Shown here piece after piece: positions 1 to 9,141 of a stretch of 64,000 bases of DNA. Source of the stretch: Patescibacteria group bacterium. GTDB lineage: Bacteria; Patescibacteriota; Minisyncoccia; Moranbacterales; UBA2206. The translations under genes were made by a program, and so were the position numbers. The notes under the pieces were generated by a model that made no database searches, was not told the origin of the DNA, and was given only the letters and a program-made list of their open reading frames with translations. Each line of letters begins with the position of its first letter. Within the stretch, counting starts at the first letter, position 1. The DNA lies in NCBI GenBank assembly GCA_030837625.1, contig JAUPKF010000004.1:1075-65074 (forward strand), read 5' to 3'.

Positions 1-753
1 CTGCGCGGCCAGAAGCTTGATATTGAAAGCCTTGTATTGAACAATCAAGTACGCGAGAAAACCCATGAAAACTGTCATGCCAAAAAGACCATATAACTCA
101 TATCTAAAATCGCCAACATAAGTGGCATAATACCCAGCGGCAAAAAAAGAAATAAGAAACAAGCTTATCCCTATCAAAAGCAATTTTATTTGTTTTCTCA
201 TTGTATCATCTGCCTTCAAATATCTTTGCACAGAAAAAATTATTATCCAGGCTGAAACTAAAATTTCAAAAAAAAGTAAGTAATTTAAAAACATGTCCAT
301 CTCAATGGCCTCACAGGCATCCATAGTAAAGCCTGCTAGATTAATATCCAGTGGCGTAGAAATAACAATTGGCAATAAAAGCAACCCCAGTATGACTTTT
401 TTAAAAAAAGAAATATCTTTTTTGTCAATAAAAACATACACAAAATATAGACTACAGGCGAAAAATAATGCGTTTAACATGCCCAACGGCGCCCAAGAAA
501 CCATCGTCAGCGCGCTGTTGTAATTTGCAACCCACACCACAAGACTCAACATTAGCCACATAGAGAAGGTCAGTGAAAGTCCCAACAATAATTTACTTAT
601 AAGAGATTTGCGATTTTTAAAAAAAACAAAGAAACCAACAAGCAAAGAAACTACTGCGGTTGGTATATGAGAATAGTACACCAATCCCAGTGGAACAGTC
701 TCCGCTATCATTTGATGACACCATTGAATGTTAGTCACTAGGTTGTAGTTCAT
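1..753 (-). CDS. Partial CDS (3' end beyond window edge): polytopic membrane protein with N-terminal multi-TM sensor-like domain
   Basis: Reverse-strand ATG at 751-753 opens a frame with no stop down to position 1. Translation MNYNLVTNIQWCHQMIAETVPLGLVYY... shows about seven hydrophobic helices. Absent from the ORF track because it has no in-window stop. Abuts the stop of the SET gene at 758. Confidence 0.5.
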   Translation of the reverse strand, partial: MNYNLVTNIQWCHQMIAETVPLGLVYYSHIPTAVVSLLVGFFVFFKNRKSLISKLLLGLSLTFSMWLMLSLVVWVANYNSALTMVSWAPLGMLNALFFACSLYFVYVFIDKKDISFFKKVILGLLLLPIVISTPLDINLAGFTMDACEAIEMDMFLNYLLFFEILVSAWIIIFSVQRYLKADDTMRKQIKLLLIGISLFLISFFAAGYYATYVGDFRYELYGLFGMTVFMGFLAYLIVQYKAFNIKLLAAQ

Positions 754-757
754 ATTT

Positions 758-1291
758 TTATTTTTTATTTTTTATTTTATCCTCCAAATACTGTTGAAAG
801 TAACCCCTATACTTTTTTTGTAGCTTTCTTATTTTCCAATCATTATTAGAGACAATCTTTCTGCAATTTTTTTCTCCGCAAGAACATTCAAACTCATAAT
901 CTATCCCCTTCGATGATTGAAACAACACCATCCCATAATCAAAGGTAACCTGTTCGTTTTTTTTGATGTCTCGCATAGCCACTAAGAAAGTTTGCCCTTT
1001 AAACCCTGTATTCGGATTGCAACTATGATTAAAATAGCATGCAACTTCAATATCTGTCTTTCTTTTTATTCCTAAGACTAGATCATCATCAATTTGGACA
1101 GCGTTATCTCTTATGGATTCATGTAACTTCTGTTCTTCCCTGACACTCATAACATAACCGCCAAAAACCGCTACTGATACCCCCTTTTTTATATCATTCT
1201 TTGCAAAGACACCTTTTTCTTTTTTCGCTACCGCTCTAACTTCTACATCTGGGTTAGTCCAAGAAAACGTATTAGAAATTTTATTTGCCAT
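758..1291 (-). CDS. SET-domain protein (putative protein-lysine methyltransferase)
   Basis: 177-aa ORF with the SET signature NHSCNPN followed by Y/F and a Cys-rich post-SET stretch (ECSCGEKNC). Confidence 0.7.
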   Translation of the reverse strand: MANKISNTFSWTNPDVEVRAVAKKEKGVFAKNDIKKGVSVAVFGGYVMSVREEQKLHESIRDNAVQIDDDLVLGIKRKTDIEVACYFNHSCNPNTGFKGQTFLVAMRDIKKNEQVTFDYGMVLFQSSKGIDYEFECSCGEKNCRKIVSNNDWKIRKLQKKYRGYFQQYLEDKIKNKK

Positions 1292-1299
1292 AAAAAAAC

Positions 1300-2070
1300 C
1301 TAATGAATATACTCCTTAATTTTTTCAGGATAATATTGCCAAAAAATACTTCCGTCTTCATCAGTATCGAGCAGTGAAACTATTAATGGTCGAAAACCAA
1401 ACTTTTTCTCTATATCAGAAAATGCTGGAATTATTATTTCTTCCGTAAATTCTCTTTCACCCTTGTCTGACTTAACTAAAAAATTCTCCAAAAGAATCGC
1501 TGAATAAGAACAAATACTAAAAATTTTTAAATATATCTCATGCGGATTGAATCCTGCCTTCTTATAAACTGAAGCATCAAAAGTGCGAAATTTTGGAAAG
1601 TCGCTACTATCAAAAATTCTATGATGGAAAGAAACTAGACCCTCTCCCCATAAAGTTTTAATCTCATTGAGACATTTATTGTCAACCTCTTTAATGGAAA
1701 CTATTTTCTTCTTTGAAACAATTCGAAGATTGTCATCATTATTGAAAAACATCATTTTTCCCAAGTGCAATTTGTCGCGATTCCTGGTACAAAACTTATC
1801 CGCTGTATATTCTATAATGACCAAGTCTAAGCCCATCATACACGCATATTCGTAGGCAATCCCCATTTCAAAATTTGGTGTTGCGATATTTCGAAAAATT
1901 ACCGCTTTGGGCTTATCTTTGAAAATGTCAGGCACATCCCCTCCCAAAAAATTTTCTACCTTTTTCCGAAGCGCCTTGTCATTCCATCTTCGCCAGATTT
2001 CTTTCTTGGCAACAGATAAGGGAGTATACAGCTCCAAAACTTTCTTGCTGATTTCCTCATTGCTTCCCAT
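1300..2070 (-). CDS. Hypothetical protein (256 aa), co-oriented and tightly spaced with the SET gene
   Basis: Long ORF with no recognisable motif. 8-nt gap to the next gene suggests co-transcription. Confidence 0.5.
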   Translation of the reverse strand: MGSNEEISKKVLELYTPLSVAKKEIWRRWNDKALRKKVENFLGGDVPDIFKDKPKAVIFRNIATPNFEMGIAYEYACMMGLDLVIIEYTADKFCTRNRDKLHLGKMMFFNNDDNLRIVSKKKIVSIKEVDNKCLNEIKTLWGEGLVSFHHRIFDSSDFPKFRTFDASVYKKAGFNPHEIYLKIFSICSYSAILLENFLVKSDKGEREFTEEIIIPAFSDIEKKFGFRPLIVSLLDTDEDGSIFWQYYPEKIKEYIH

Positions 2071-2139
2071 AAATTATACCATAAAAAATTAAAATCGCAT
2101 AAAACAACCTAAAAAAAGAACGGCTCCAGCCGCCCCCCT

Positions 2140-2670
2140 TTATTGAATCTGATCAAATATTTTCAAAAATATTTCCACTCCCGAAAACGAGAGCGCCGTC
2201 CAATAGGCATTTGACACAAAGACGCTTCCGATGAAAATCCGCCATTCTTCTTTTTTGAAACCATTAAACTTTTTTACCCCATTTCGCAGATACACCGTCG
2301 TCACAAATGGGTCAAATTTCAAAGACAAGAAAAGAAATTCCGCCCAACGCCCTTTTCTCAAAAACCAAGCCAGCATCTTGCGAATTTTTTTTCTTTCATA
2401 CTTCCCGATATTTTTAATTTCCTCCCTGATTTCTTTTATCGCTTCAATCCCCAGCCAATCTTTTTTCACCAAATCATATATCAAAACGCTGACAAGACAA
2501 GACGCCGCCGAAAGGAGCATCATGACAATCCCGCCCCAAAGAGGACCGCGCTGGTATATAACATAAGGATAGAGCACATAATCAAAAGCCTGGTTGGTAC
2601 CGACAAAAAAAAGATACCCCACTCCCATCGCCTTAAAATCGAATTTTTTGAGAAGTTCAGCTGTAACCAT
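2140..2670 (-). CDS. Hypothetical integral membrane protein
   Basis: 176-aa ORF with several hydrophobic helices (GGIVMMLLSAASCLVSVLIY...). Confidence 0.5.
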   Translation of the reverse strand: MVTAELLKKFDFKAMGVGYLFFVGTNQAFDYVLYPYVIYQRGPLWGGIVMMLLSAASCLVSVLIYDLVKKDWLGIEAIKEIREEIKNIGKYERKKIRKMLAWFLRKGRWAEFLFLSLKFDPFVTTVYLRNGVKKFNGFKKEEWRIFIGSVFVSNAYWTALSFSGVEIFLKIFDQIQ

Positions 2671-2715
2671 AACTGTCTGTTTTAGCAGGTTTCCCGCCTT
2701 TTGTCAAGCATTTTC

Positions 2716-2885
2716 CCCCGACAAAAAAACCGCCCAATGGACGGTTTCGAGAAACGCTAAAGATGAGTCATTACATTTTCCAAACTAAAAAACTCCCCCC
2801 GCTCTGTTTTTGTTTCTCCGGGATCCCCCCGGAATGTTTTTTCGCGCATAAGCATAGAACCAAGTTGCTTATCCCCTATGGCTGT
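2716..2885. repeat. Copy A of a roughly 165-bp structured intergenic repeat (second copy at 7086..7256, about 90% identical)
   Basis: Two near-identical blocks match copy B, 52 nt and 39 nt long: cccccgacaaaaaaaccgcccaatggacggtttcgagaaacgctaaagatga and ttttttcgcgcataagcatagaaccaagttgcttatccc. Overlapping ORFs in the two copies (2757..2951 and 7028..7327) are not conserved at protein level. Confidence 0.85.
2723..2747 (-). terminator. Intrinsic terminator downstream of ispG (inside repeat copy A)
   Basis: Minus strand reads aaaccgtccattgggcggttt followed by a T7 run (stem AAACCG/CGGTTT). Confidence 0.6.
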
Positions 2886-3007
2886 ATTGTAGCATAAAAG
2901 GGGAAAATGAAAAAACCGGCTCATTGAACCGGCAGTTGTAACGTTATACATTTTTACTCAGAGATAGAGCGAAGCGCTTTTTAGAAAGCGGATACGAAGA
3001 CGATAGA

Positions 3008-4060
3008 TCAGCTTTCTTCCGCGAGTCTCTTGATTTCGGAAAAGAAGACCTTTATCATATCCTCCTCATTGCCGGATTGCAGCTTTTCCCCGTATTTAAA
3101 GACTACAGTAGCACCCTTTCCTCCGGCAATGCCAATGTCAGCTTGTTTAGCCTCTCCTGGTCCGTTCACGGAACATCCCATAACAGCGATTTTGAAAGTA
3201 GAGCTTATCGTACTTGTCATTTCCTCCACCATCGAAGCGTACCTTTCAACGTCAAGCTGTTTTCGGGCGCAAGTTGGACAGGATATTAATTCCGGGCCGC
3301 GCTTTCTGATTCCAAGAGCATTAAGAATTCCCCAGCCGACTTTCACTTCTTGCTCGGGAGGGGCAGTGAGGGAAACACGCATAGTAGATCCGATGCCCTC
3401 ACGGAGAAGCACGCCGATGCCAAGGACGTTCTTGATAGTTCCCATGAAGCTAGTTCCGGCATGGGTTACGCCAAGATGAAGAGGGTATCGCACTTTCTCT
3501 GCCAAAAGTCTGTACGCAAGAATCATTTCTTCGACATCGCTGAATTTCACTGATATGGCGATGTTCGAGAAATTCAAGTCTTCCAAGATGCGAACGTGTT
3601 CAAGGCATGATTCCACGGCTGCTTCGGGTGTTGGTCCGTATTTGTTAAGCAGTTCTTTGGCGATTGAACCTGCGTTTACTCCGATACGGATAGGGACATC
3701 CTTATCTCGACACGCGTCAACTACCACTCGTACTTTCTTTTTGCTCCCGATGTTTCCAGGGTTGATTCGCACTTTGTCGACCCCCTGCTTTATGGCCTCG
3801 AGCGCGAGTTTATAATCGAAGTGAATGTCTGCCACCAATGGAATATGGATGCGCTCTTTGATTTTTCCCAGAGCCGTAGCCGCATCCATGTCGGGAATCC
3901 CCGCGCGGACAATTTCACATCCGACTTGTTCCAGGCGTTGAATTTGCTTTATGGTAGAACGCCAGTCGCGAGTGTCTGTGTTGGTCATGGATTGAATTGT
4001 AATGGGCGAGTTTCCGCCCATTATGACATTGCCAACTCGAATACTGAGAGTCTCTTCCAT
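3008..4060 (-). CDS. ispG: 4-hydroxy-3-methylbut-2-enyl diphosphate synthase IspG/GcpE
   Basis: 350 aa with N-terminal VGNVxxGGxSPITIQSMTNT, internal GTSFMG, and a C-terminal CPTCAR...GCSVNGPGE Fe-S Cys triad. Typical bacterial IspG. Confidence 0.9.
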   Translation of the reverse strand: MEETLSIRVGNVIMGGNSPITIQSMTNTDTRDWRSTIKQIQRLEQVGCEIVRAGIPDMDAATALGKIKERIHIPLVADIHFDYKLALEAIKQGVDKVRINPGNIGSKKKVRVVVDACRDKDVPIRIGVNAGSIAKELLNKYGPTPEAAVESCLEHVRILEDLNFSNIAISVKFSDVEEMILAYRLLAEKVRYPLHLGVTHAGTSFMGTIKNVLGIGVLLREGIGSTMRVSLTAPPEQEVKVGWGILNALGIRKRGPELISCPTCARKQLDVERYASMVEEMTSTISSTFKIAVMGCSVNGPGEAKQADIGIAGGKGATVVFKYGEKLQSGNEEDMIKVFFSEIKRLAEES

Positions 4061-4233
4061 AGCATTTCCTTCCGATTGTCGGGATTAATAGTTGATAAAG
4101 AGCGGATACGCAGTAAAAGAGTATCAAGCGGTTCTCTCTGTGTCAATCGCTTATTGTAAATTCATTATAGGGTTGTACATATACGCAATTTTGCTATTTT
4201 TGGCTTTTTCTTGTATATTTTAGTGGAAATATT

Positions 4234-5040
4234 ATGAAACCTATATACATCTTGAAAATTGGGGGAAGTGTGGCCACGTATAAGAATCGACTGGGCATGT
4301 CGACAAGAAAGACGCTCTTAAAAGAGATTGGCCGTTCGATCAAAAAAGCTTTGAGAAAAGACAGTTTTGGTTTGATCTTGATTCACGGCGCCGGAGCCAT
4401 GGGACATCAACTGGCTAAAAAATATAATCTAGCTGAGGGAACCGGCATAAATCCGAAAAAATGGCGCGGAGCATTGATTTCTCGTTTAGTTAATAATAAA
4501 TTGAACGTGGATATCACGGAGATACTAGTAAGTCAGGGACTTCGAATAGCGCCAGTTCATACGGCTACGGCGATTATTCAAAAAAATAAAAAAATAGACC
4601 ACTGCGATTTAGAAATAATCAAAGAAGCCTTGTGCCAAGGATGCATCCCTCTGCTTTATGGCGAAATGGTTTTCGATGTGGAGCTGGGGATGTCGATTTG
4701 TTCTGGCGATGCCATCGCGCCATATTTGGCGGAAAAATTGGGAGCGCAAAAGATTTTTTTTGCTTCTGATATTGACGGGGTGTTTACAAAAGATCCGCAT
4801 GTCTACAAGGGCGCAAGGTTGGTAAAAAAAATTAACCTGAAGGATGTTTCTCGAAAAGCAAGCCTGACTGATTCGCACAACATTGATACTACTGGCGGTC
4901 TTTTGGGAAAAATTCAGAAACTGGATGCTAAATTTGGAAATCGTCTGAAATCGATAGAAATTTTTAATGGATTCCAAAAAGATAATTACGAGAAAATTTT
5001 TGCCGGCAAAGATTTTTCTCATACTGTAATAATTCCATAA
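4234..5040 (+). CDS. Amino-acid-kinase-family protein, most consistent with isopentenyl phosphate kinase
   Basis: 268 aa. Gly-rich N-terminus KIGGSV and HGAGAMGH motif. Size and motifs fit IPK rather than aspartokinase or UMP kinase. Immediately adjacent to ispG. Confidence 0.55.
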   Translation: MKPIYILKIGGSVATYKNRLGMSTRKTLLKEIGRSIKKALRKDSFGLILIHGAGAMGHQLAKKYNLAEGTGINPKKWRGALISRLVNNKLNVDITEILVSQGLRIAPVHTATAIIQKNKKIDHCDLEIIKEALCQGCIPLLYGEMVFDVELGMSICSGDAIAPYLAEKLGAQKIFFASDIDGVFTKDPHVYKGARLVKKINLKDVSRKASLTDSHNIDTTGGLLGKIQKLDAKFGNRLKSIEIFNGFQKDNYEKIFAGKDFSHTVIIP

Positions 5041-5051
5041 AAAAACGGCCG

Positions 5052-5537
5052 CTAGGCCGTTGCGGAAAGCTCGTTGAGCAATTCCGCTAGATGATTGTCG
5101 GTGAAGTGCTTAAGAATGGGCGCAACTTCAACGCGAATGTATTGTTGAAGAAGCTCGTCTATGGTTTTCCAGCCAGCGAACCGAATGTCAACGTCATTAG
5201 GAACGAAAGTTTCATTTGAATTACCAAGATACAAGCCGTATCCGTAAACAGTATAGATGTCGTTTCTACCGGGAATCAATTGGAAGTACGGCGCGGCAAT
5301 GTTAATGATTTTGGCTTCGCTCTTTTTAATGCCGACTTCTTCTGTAAGAAGACGCAGGATTGTTTCTTTGAAACTGCCGTCTTTTTCTTCGAATGTTTCC
5401 AGCGGAAAAGACTTCATTCCTTGAAATTTGTGGTACCGGGGTTTACTCCCAAGCTCTTCTACCGTAAAAAGCTTTAGAGAATCGTTTGCTGTTTTACTAA
5501 ACAGCAAAAAACCGACGCCAAAAATTCTTTCGCCCAT
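5052..5537 (-). CDS. NUDIX hydrolase
   Basis: Nudix box GMKSFPLETFEEKDGSFKETILRLLTEEVGI. Preferred start is the ATG at 5537 (MGERIFG), preceded by GAAGGAG. The ORF track extends the frame to 5600. Confidence 0.7.
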   Translation of the reverse strand: MGERIFGVGFLLFSKTANDSLKLFTVEELGSKPRYHKFQGMKSFPLETFEEKDGSFKETILRLLTEEVGIKKSEAKIINIAAPYFQLIPGRNDIYTVYGYGLYLGNSNETFVPNDVDIRFAGWKTIDELLQQYIRVEVAPILKHFTDNHLAELLNELSATA

Positions 5538-5676
5538 ATCAATCTCCTTCGGAGTACTAGTTGTGAATGTGCTATGTGCCGACAATAATGAGATTATCAC
5601 GACATATGTTTTAGAGCAAGTCTTGTATACTTGTTACCCATAAATACAGTCAGAGTAACATAATAAAATCATTACG

Positions 5677-6156
5677 ATGGAAAAAATCATAATCAAAGTA
5701 GCTTCCTTGGTGGTCAACAAAAAAAATCCAGAAGAAATTCTTCTTATCAAAGAAAAGACCGAAAAAAATGATCTTGCTAAGTGGAACGTATTAAAGGGGA
5801 CGTGCCTCCTCGATAAAGAAACAGTTTTTCAGGCCGCCGAAAGAGAGTGCTTTGAAGAAGCTTCCATAAAAATAAAACTGACGAAATCACTTGGATGCTA
5901 CTTAATAAAAAAACACACTGACGGTTTCAGAATACAATTTAACTTTATAGCCGAAATTGTTTCAGGCGTTCCGCGCGTTCAGGACAAAAAATATCAAGAT
6001 AAACTCAATGAAAACATAACGGAATTACGCTGGTTCAACAAATCTCAAATAAAGAAAATGGGAACGGAAGAATTTGTATCAAAAAGGACAAAGATGGTCT
6101 TAATGGATTGGATAGGAGGAAAGACCTATCCGCTGGAAATGCTCCAACAAATGTAA
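5677..6156 (+). CDS. NUDIX hydrolase
   Basis: Nudix box GTCLLDKETVFQAAERECFEEASI (RExxEE). Confidence 0.7.
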   Translation: MEKIIIKVASLVVNKKNPEEILLIKEKTEKNDLAKWNVLKGTCLLDKETVFQAAERECFEEASIKIKLTKSLGCYLIKKHTDGFRIQFNFIAEIVSGVPRVQDKKYQDKLNENITELRWFNKSQIKKMGTEEFVSKRTKMVLMDWIGGKTYPLEMLQQM

Positions 6157-6230
6157 ACTTAAAAAAAGAAGGAGATCGACCAAGTTTTTGGCCAATCTCC
6201 TTTTTTCTTTCGGCAAAGTTTTGCCGAGTT

Positions 6231-6779
6231 TTATTCTTCCGCTCTCCCCCACTCCTCTTTGAGAAGCCCCAGAACAATTTCGTCCGCGTAGCGGTTGTTT
6301 TTGAAAATCGCTTGTCGCCGCCGGCCTTCGATTTCGAAACCGAGCTTTTTGTGCATCGCGAGGCTTCGCTCGTTGAAATCATACACCGAGGAGCTGATCC
6401 GGCGGAGATTCAACTGGCAGAAAGCGTACTCCATGAGAAGTTTGGCCGCTTCGGTGCCATAGCCTCCGCCCCAAAAGTCTTTTTCCCCGATCGCGATGCC
6501 GAAAGTGGACACGCGGTCTTTCCAATTGATTTGGTGCAAACCGCAATTTCCAATAGGTTTCGATTCATTTTCGCCCGCCTTGATTTCGATCGAAAAAACA
6601 ATGTCATGTTCCGAGAGACTTACTCGCTCAAACCATTTTTCTTCCGCCAATTCCGTAATGGGAAGATAGACCTGTAAGAACTGAATAACTTCTGGATCGT
6701 TGAACCATTTGAGAGCAAGCTGAATATCCTTTTTCTCAATGGCTCGCAACATCACTTTCTCTCCCTGTAACGTAGGCAT
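6231..6779 (-). CDS. GNAT family N-acetyltransferase (RimJ/RimL-like)
   Basis: 182 aa. Acetyl-CoA-binding segment IAIGEKDFWGGGYGTEA and overall RimL-like layout. AAGGAGAG RBS 7 nt upstream. Confidence 0.8.
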   Translation of the reverse strand: MPTLQGEKVMLRAIEKKDIQLALKWFNDPEVIQFLQVYLPITELAEEKWFERVSLSEHDIVFSIEIKAGENESKPIGNCGLHQINWKDRVSTFGIAIGEKDFWGGGYGTEAAKLLMEYAFCQLNLRRISSSVYDFNERSLAMHKKLGFEIEGRRRQAIFKNNRYADEIVLGLLKEEWGRAEE

Positions 6780-6821
6780 AATTTCTCTCCTTCTTCGGAT
6801 AGTTGCGTAAGAACAAACGCT

Positions 6822-6853
6822 GAAAACAAAAGCCCGGCTTTTGTCCAGCCGGG
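6822..6853 (-). terminator. Terminator-like hairpin immediately upstream of the GNAT RBS (possible attenuator)
   Basis: Minus strand reads aagcccggctggacaaaagccgggc followed by TTTTGTTTTC (8-bp stem plus U-run), 40 nt before the GNAT start. Confidence 0.45.
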
Positions 6854-7085
6854 CTTATCCAAAAAAGGTTTGCGCTAAAAATCAGGTCCTATGTGAAGTT
6901 ATGCGCTTTGGGTAATTCCGGCTGAATAAAATGTTTTCGGCCATCGGGGACGCGAAAACACGGCCATTTCCATAAATGGCATTATCAGTCTTATTCAGCT
7001 GGCAATTACGATTACGCATAGTGTTTACTACAAAATCATCCTTGGCATATTTCTAACACCAACCAAGGCATTTGTCAAATTCAAA

Positions 7086-7256
7086 TTCCCCCCGACAAAA
7101 AAACCGCCCAATGGACGGTTTCGAGAAACGCTAAAGATGATTTGTCGTATTTTCCAAACTAAAAAGCTCCCCCCGTTTTGTTTTTGTTTCTCCGGGATCT
7201 CCCCGGAATGTTTTTTCGCGCATAAGCATAGAACCAAGTTGCTTATCCCTCTCATA
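7086..7256. repeat. Copy B of the roughly 165-bp structured intergenic repeat
   Basis: See copy A. Contains the same minus-strand terminator (7096..7121), here downstream of the M23 peptidase gene. Confidence 0.85.
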
Positions 7257-7343
7257 ACTCTACTATAGCATAGAAATAAAAAACGCCAACTTCTCCAAGT
7301 TTGGCGCATGATAGATTCCCCAAACACACAATCAGGCGTTATT

Positions 7344-9026
7344 TTAATCGACCCTCAGCCCTTGCGGAGGAAACAAGACAGATTCCGGCGGGTCAACCAG
7401 AGAAAAAACCATCTCTCGGCAATTATCAGACTGATCCTGATCTTTGGAAAAATCGGCGCAAGCCCTAAGAGTGTGATTGCCAAGAGCCAGGTCAGCGGTC
7501 AAAACATACAAGCTTTCGTGTTTTACCTCGTTATGTTCCAAATTATAAGCGCGCATATTTCCTTCGCCAATGAAACTTCCATTTAGATAAAACTTCATCT
7601 TGACATCTTCGTACGGTTCCCCTCCGGAATTGGTAGCTGTCCCCTCCGCGTAAGGATTTTCGCCTCTGGTGAATTGCGTCCGCCCTCCATCCAAAGTCAA
7701 ATTGATCATATTGAGATTGGGGCGCTTTCGCACCCGGCAGATAATGTTTCCCAGGCAATTGTTATTCTCATTGGATTCAGAAACGTCGCCATTTTTGTCT
7801 GTGCAGGCGTAGAATTGATATTTTTTCGATTCGCTTGGATCGGGATCGGGGGCACCGATTATGAAATGTTCGGTGGCGCTTTCCCCTCTTTCCAATTCTT
7901 CCCCTCGCATATATTCCGACCAATCTTTCAGATCATCGTTGACATGATCCCCTTCAAAACGGTAGAGCTTGACTCTGATTCGGTCAAGACTTGAATCAAC
8001 ATCTTCTCCGGCGTTTTTGGTTTTGGCGATTATATGGAAGTCTTCGTCATGGTAATAGTGAACCTTGTCATTTTCAAATTCAAGGGATTTGACGAAAAGG
8101 TCGGGTTTGTAAGTGAAAGGTTGGTCAGGAGATGTCACATTGCCAACCCCATCGTTGCTTCCTCCGCCATAACCGATGCCTGCTGGAGCTTCTCCGGCAA
8201 TTTCGACGATTTCGGCTTTCGAGTTCACCCTAAACCAAATGTCTTTCATTCCCCAATAGTCCATAAAGCCCTCGGTCACATAATGGGAAACGACGTATTG
8301 GTCGGGATAAATATACACAGCGTCCTGGCAACTGAAAATTTCCATTTGCCGGAAGACATCCGGATATTTGTTTCTCAGTTTCTCGCAACTCACGTCCGAA
8401 TTGGCCGGAAAGTTGTCGTCCAGAAAATTCATTGGATGTGTCCAGCCACATTCACCTCCAGAACCACAAACTCCACGAAACCGATCATCAGTATTAGCGG
8501 CAGGTTCAACGTCTGGCTTCATGCCAAAATGAAGATGTGGCCAGGCATCAGTACAGACACCGTCTCCATTGCCATCGCCGTAATATTGATGAACATTGCC
8601 AATAACCTCCCCCTGTTCAACTATATCTCCGATTTCCAAACCGGATTTTTTGTACATGTGTCCATAAACGGCATAAAAACTTCGGAAATATCCATCATGT
8701 CCTTTGGCAACATGATGCACGAGCATTGCGCCTCCAGTGCTACCGCAGGCACTCCCGTAGTAATTCCGGTCTGGCTTATAATCCACAATAAGCCCATGTG
8801 CCACTGCTTGGACTGAGTAGCCAACTGGTCTCATGTAATCGATGCCAACGTGCCCGGGATAACCGCCATCAGTAACGTAATTTCCCTCTGATGTTGAAGC
8901 ATTACGGTCGCAAGATCCTGCCGGACATTGCCAACCGGTCGAGCATTCTTCGGCAACGGCCATTCCGACAATAATGAACAGAGCAGCCAAGCAAGCCAAT
9001 GATTTCAGCAAACACAGTTTTTTCAT
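7344..9026 (-). CDS. Secreted M23 (LytM-type) metallopeptidase with C-terminal beta-rich domains
   Basis: Signal peptide MKKLCLLKSLACLAALFIIVGMAVA. M23 motifs HVGIDY (HxxxD) and HLHFG (HxH). AAGGAG RBS. Confidence 0.8.
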   Translation of the reverse strand: MKKLCLLKSLACLAALFIIVGMAVAEECSTGWQCPAGSCDRNASTSEGNYVTDGGYPGHVGIDYMRPVGYSVQAVAHGLIVDYKPDRNYYGSACGSTGGAMLVHHVAKGHDGYFRSFYAVYGHMYKKSGLEIGDIVEQGEVIGNVHQYYGDGNGDGVCTDAWPHLHFGMKPDVEPAANTDDRFRGVCGSGGECGWTHPMNFLDDNFPANSDVSCEKLRNKYPDVFRQMEIFSCQDAVYIYPDQYVVSHYVTEGFMDYWGMKDIWFRVNSKAEIVEIAGEAPAGIGYGGGSNDGVGNVTSPDQPFTYKPDLFVKSLEFENDKVHYYHDEDFHIIAKTKNAGEDVDSSLDRIRVKLYRFEGDHVNDDLKDWSEYMRGEELERGESATEHFIIGAPDPDPSESKKYQFYACTDKNGDVSESNENNNCLGNIICRVRKRPNLNMINLTLDGGRTQFTRGENPYAEGTATNSGGEPYEDVKMKFYLNGSFIGEGNMRAYNLEHNEVKHESLYVLTADLALGNHTLRACADFSKDQDQSDNCREMVFSLVDPPESVLFPPQGLRVD

Positions 9027-9141
9027 AGTTAGTCTCCTTAGTCGGTCTAATCTGAAAGTTTTCTTAAATTCAAACCACGGAAAAAACCGCCTGCTTTTAT
9101 AACCTCCTTTCTATTCAGTTTTCAAAGAACAATCACTTACA

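Noticed and set aside
293-523. 76-aa plus-strand ORF
   Set aside because: Lies antisense within the partial multi-TM membrane protein gene that runs off the window edge.
7028-7327. 99-aa minus ORF (and 2757..2951) overlapping the 165-bp repeat
   Set aside because: The two repeat copies are about 90% identical in DNA, but the encoded peptides differ through frame-changing indels. The conservation is not protein-level.
8034-8816. 260-aa plus-strand ORF antisense to the M23 peptidase
   Set aside because: Shadow ORF. The minus-strand frame has signal peptide, M23 motifs and RBS.
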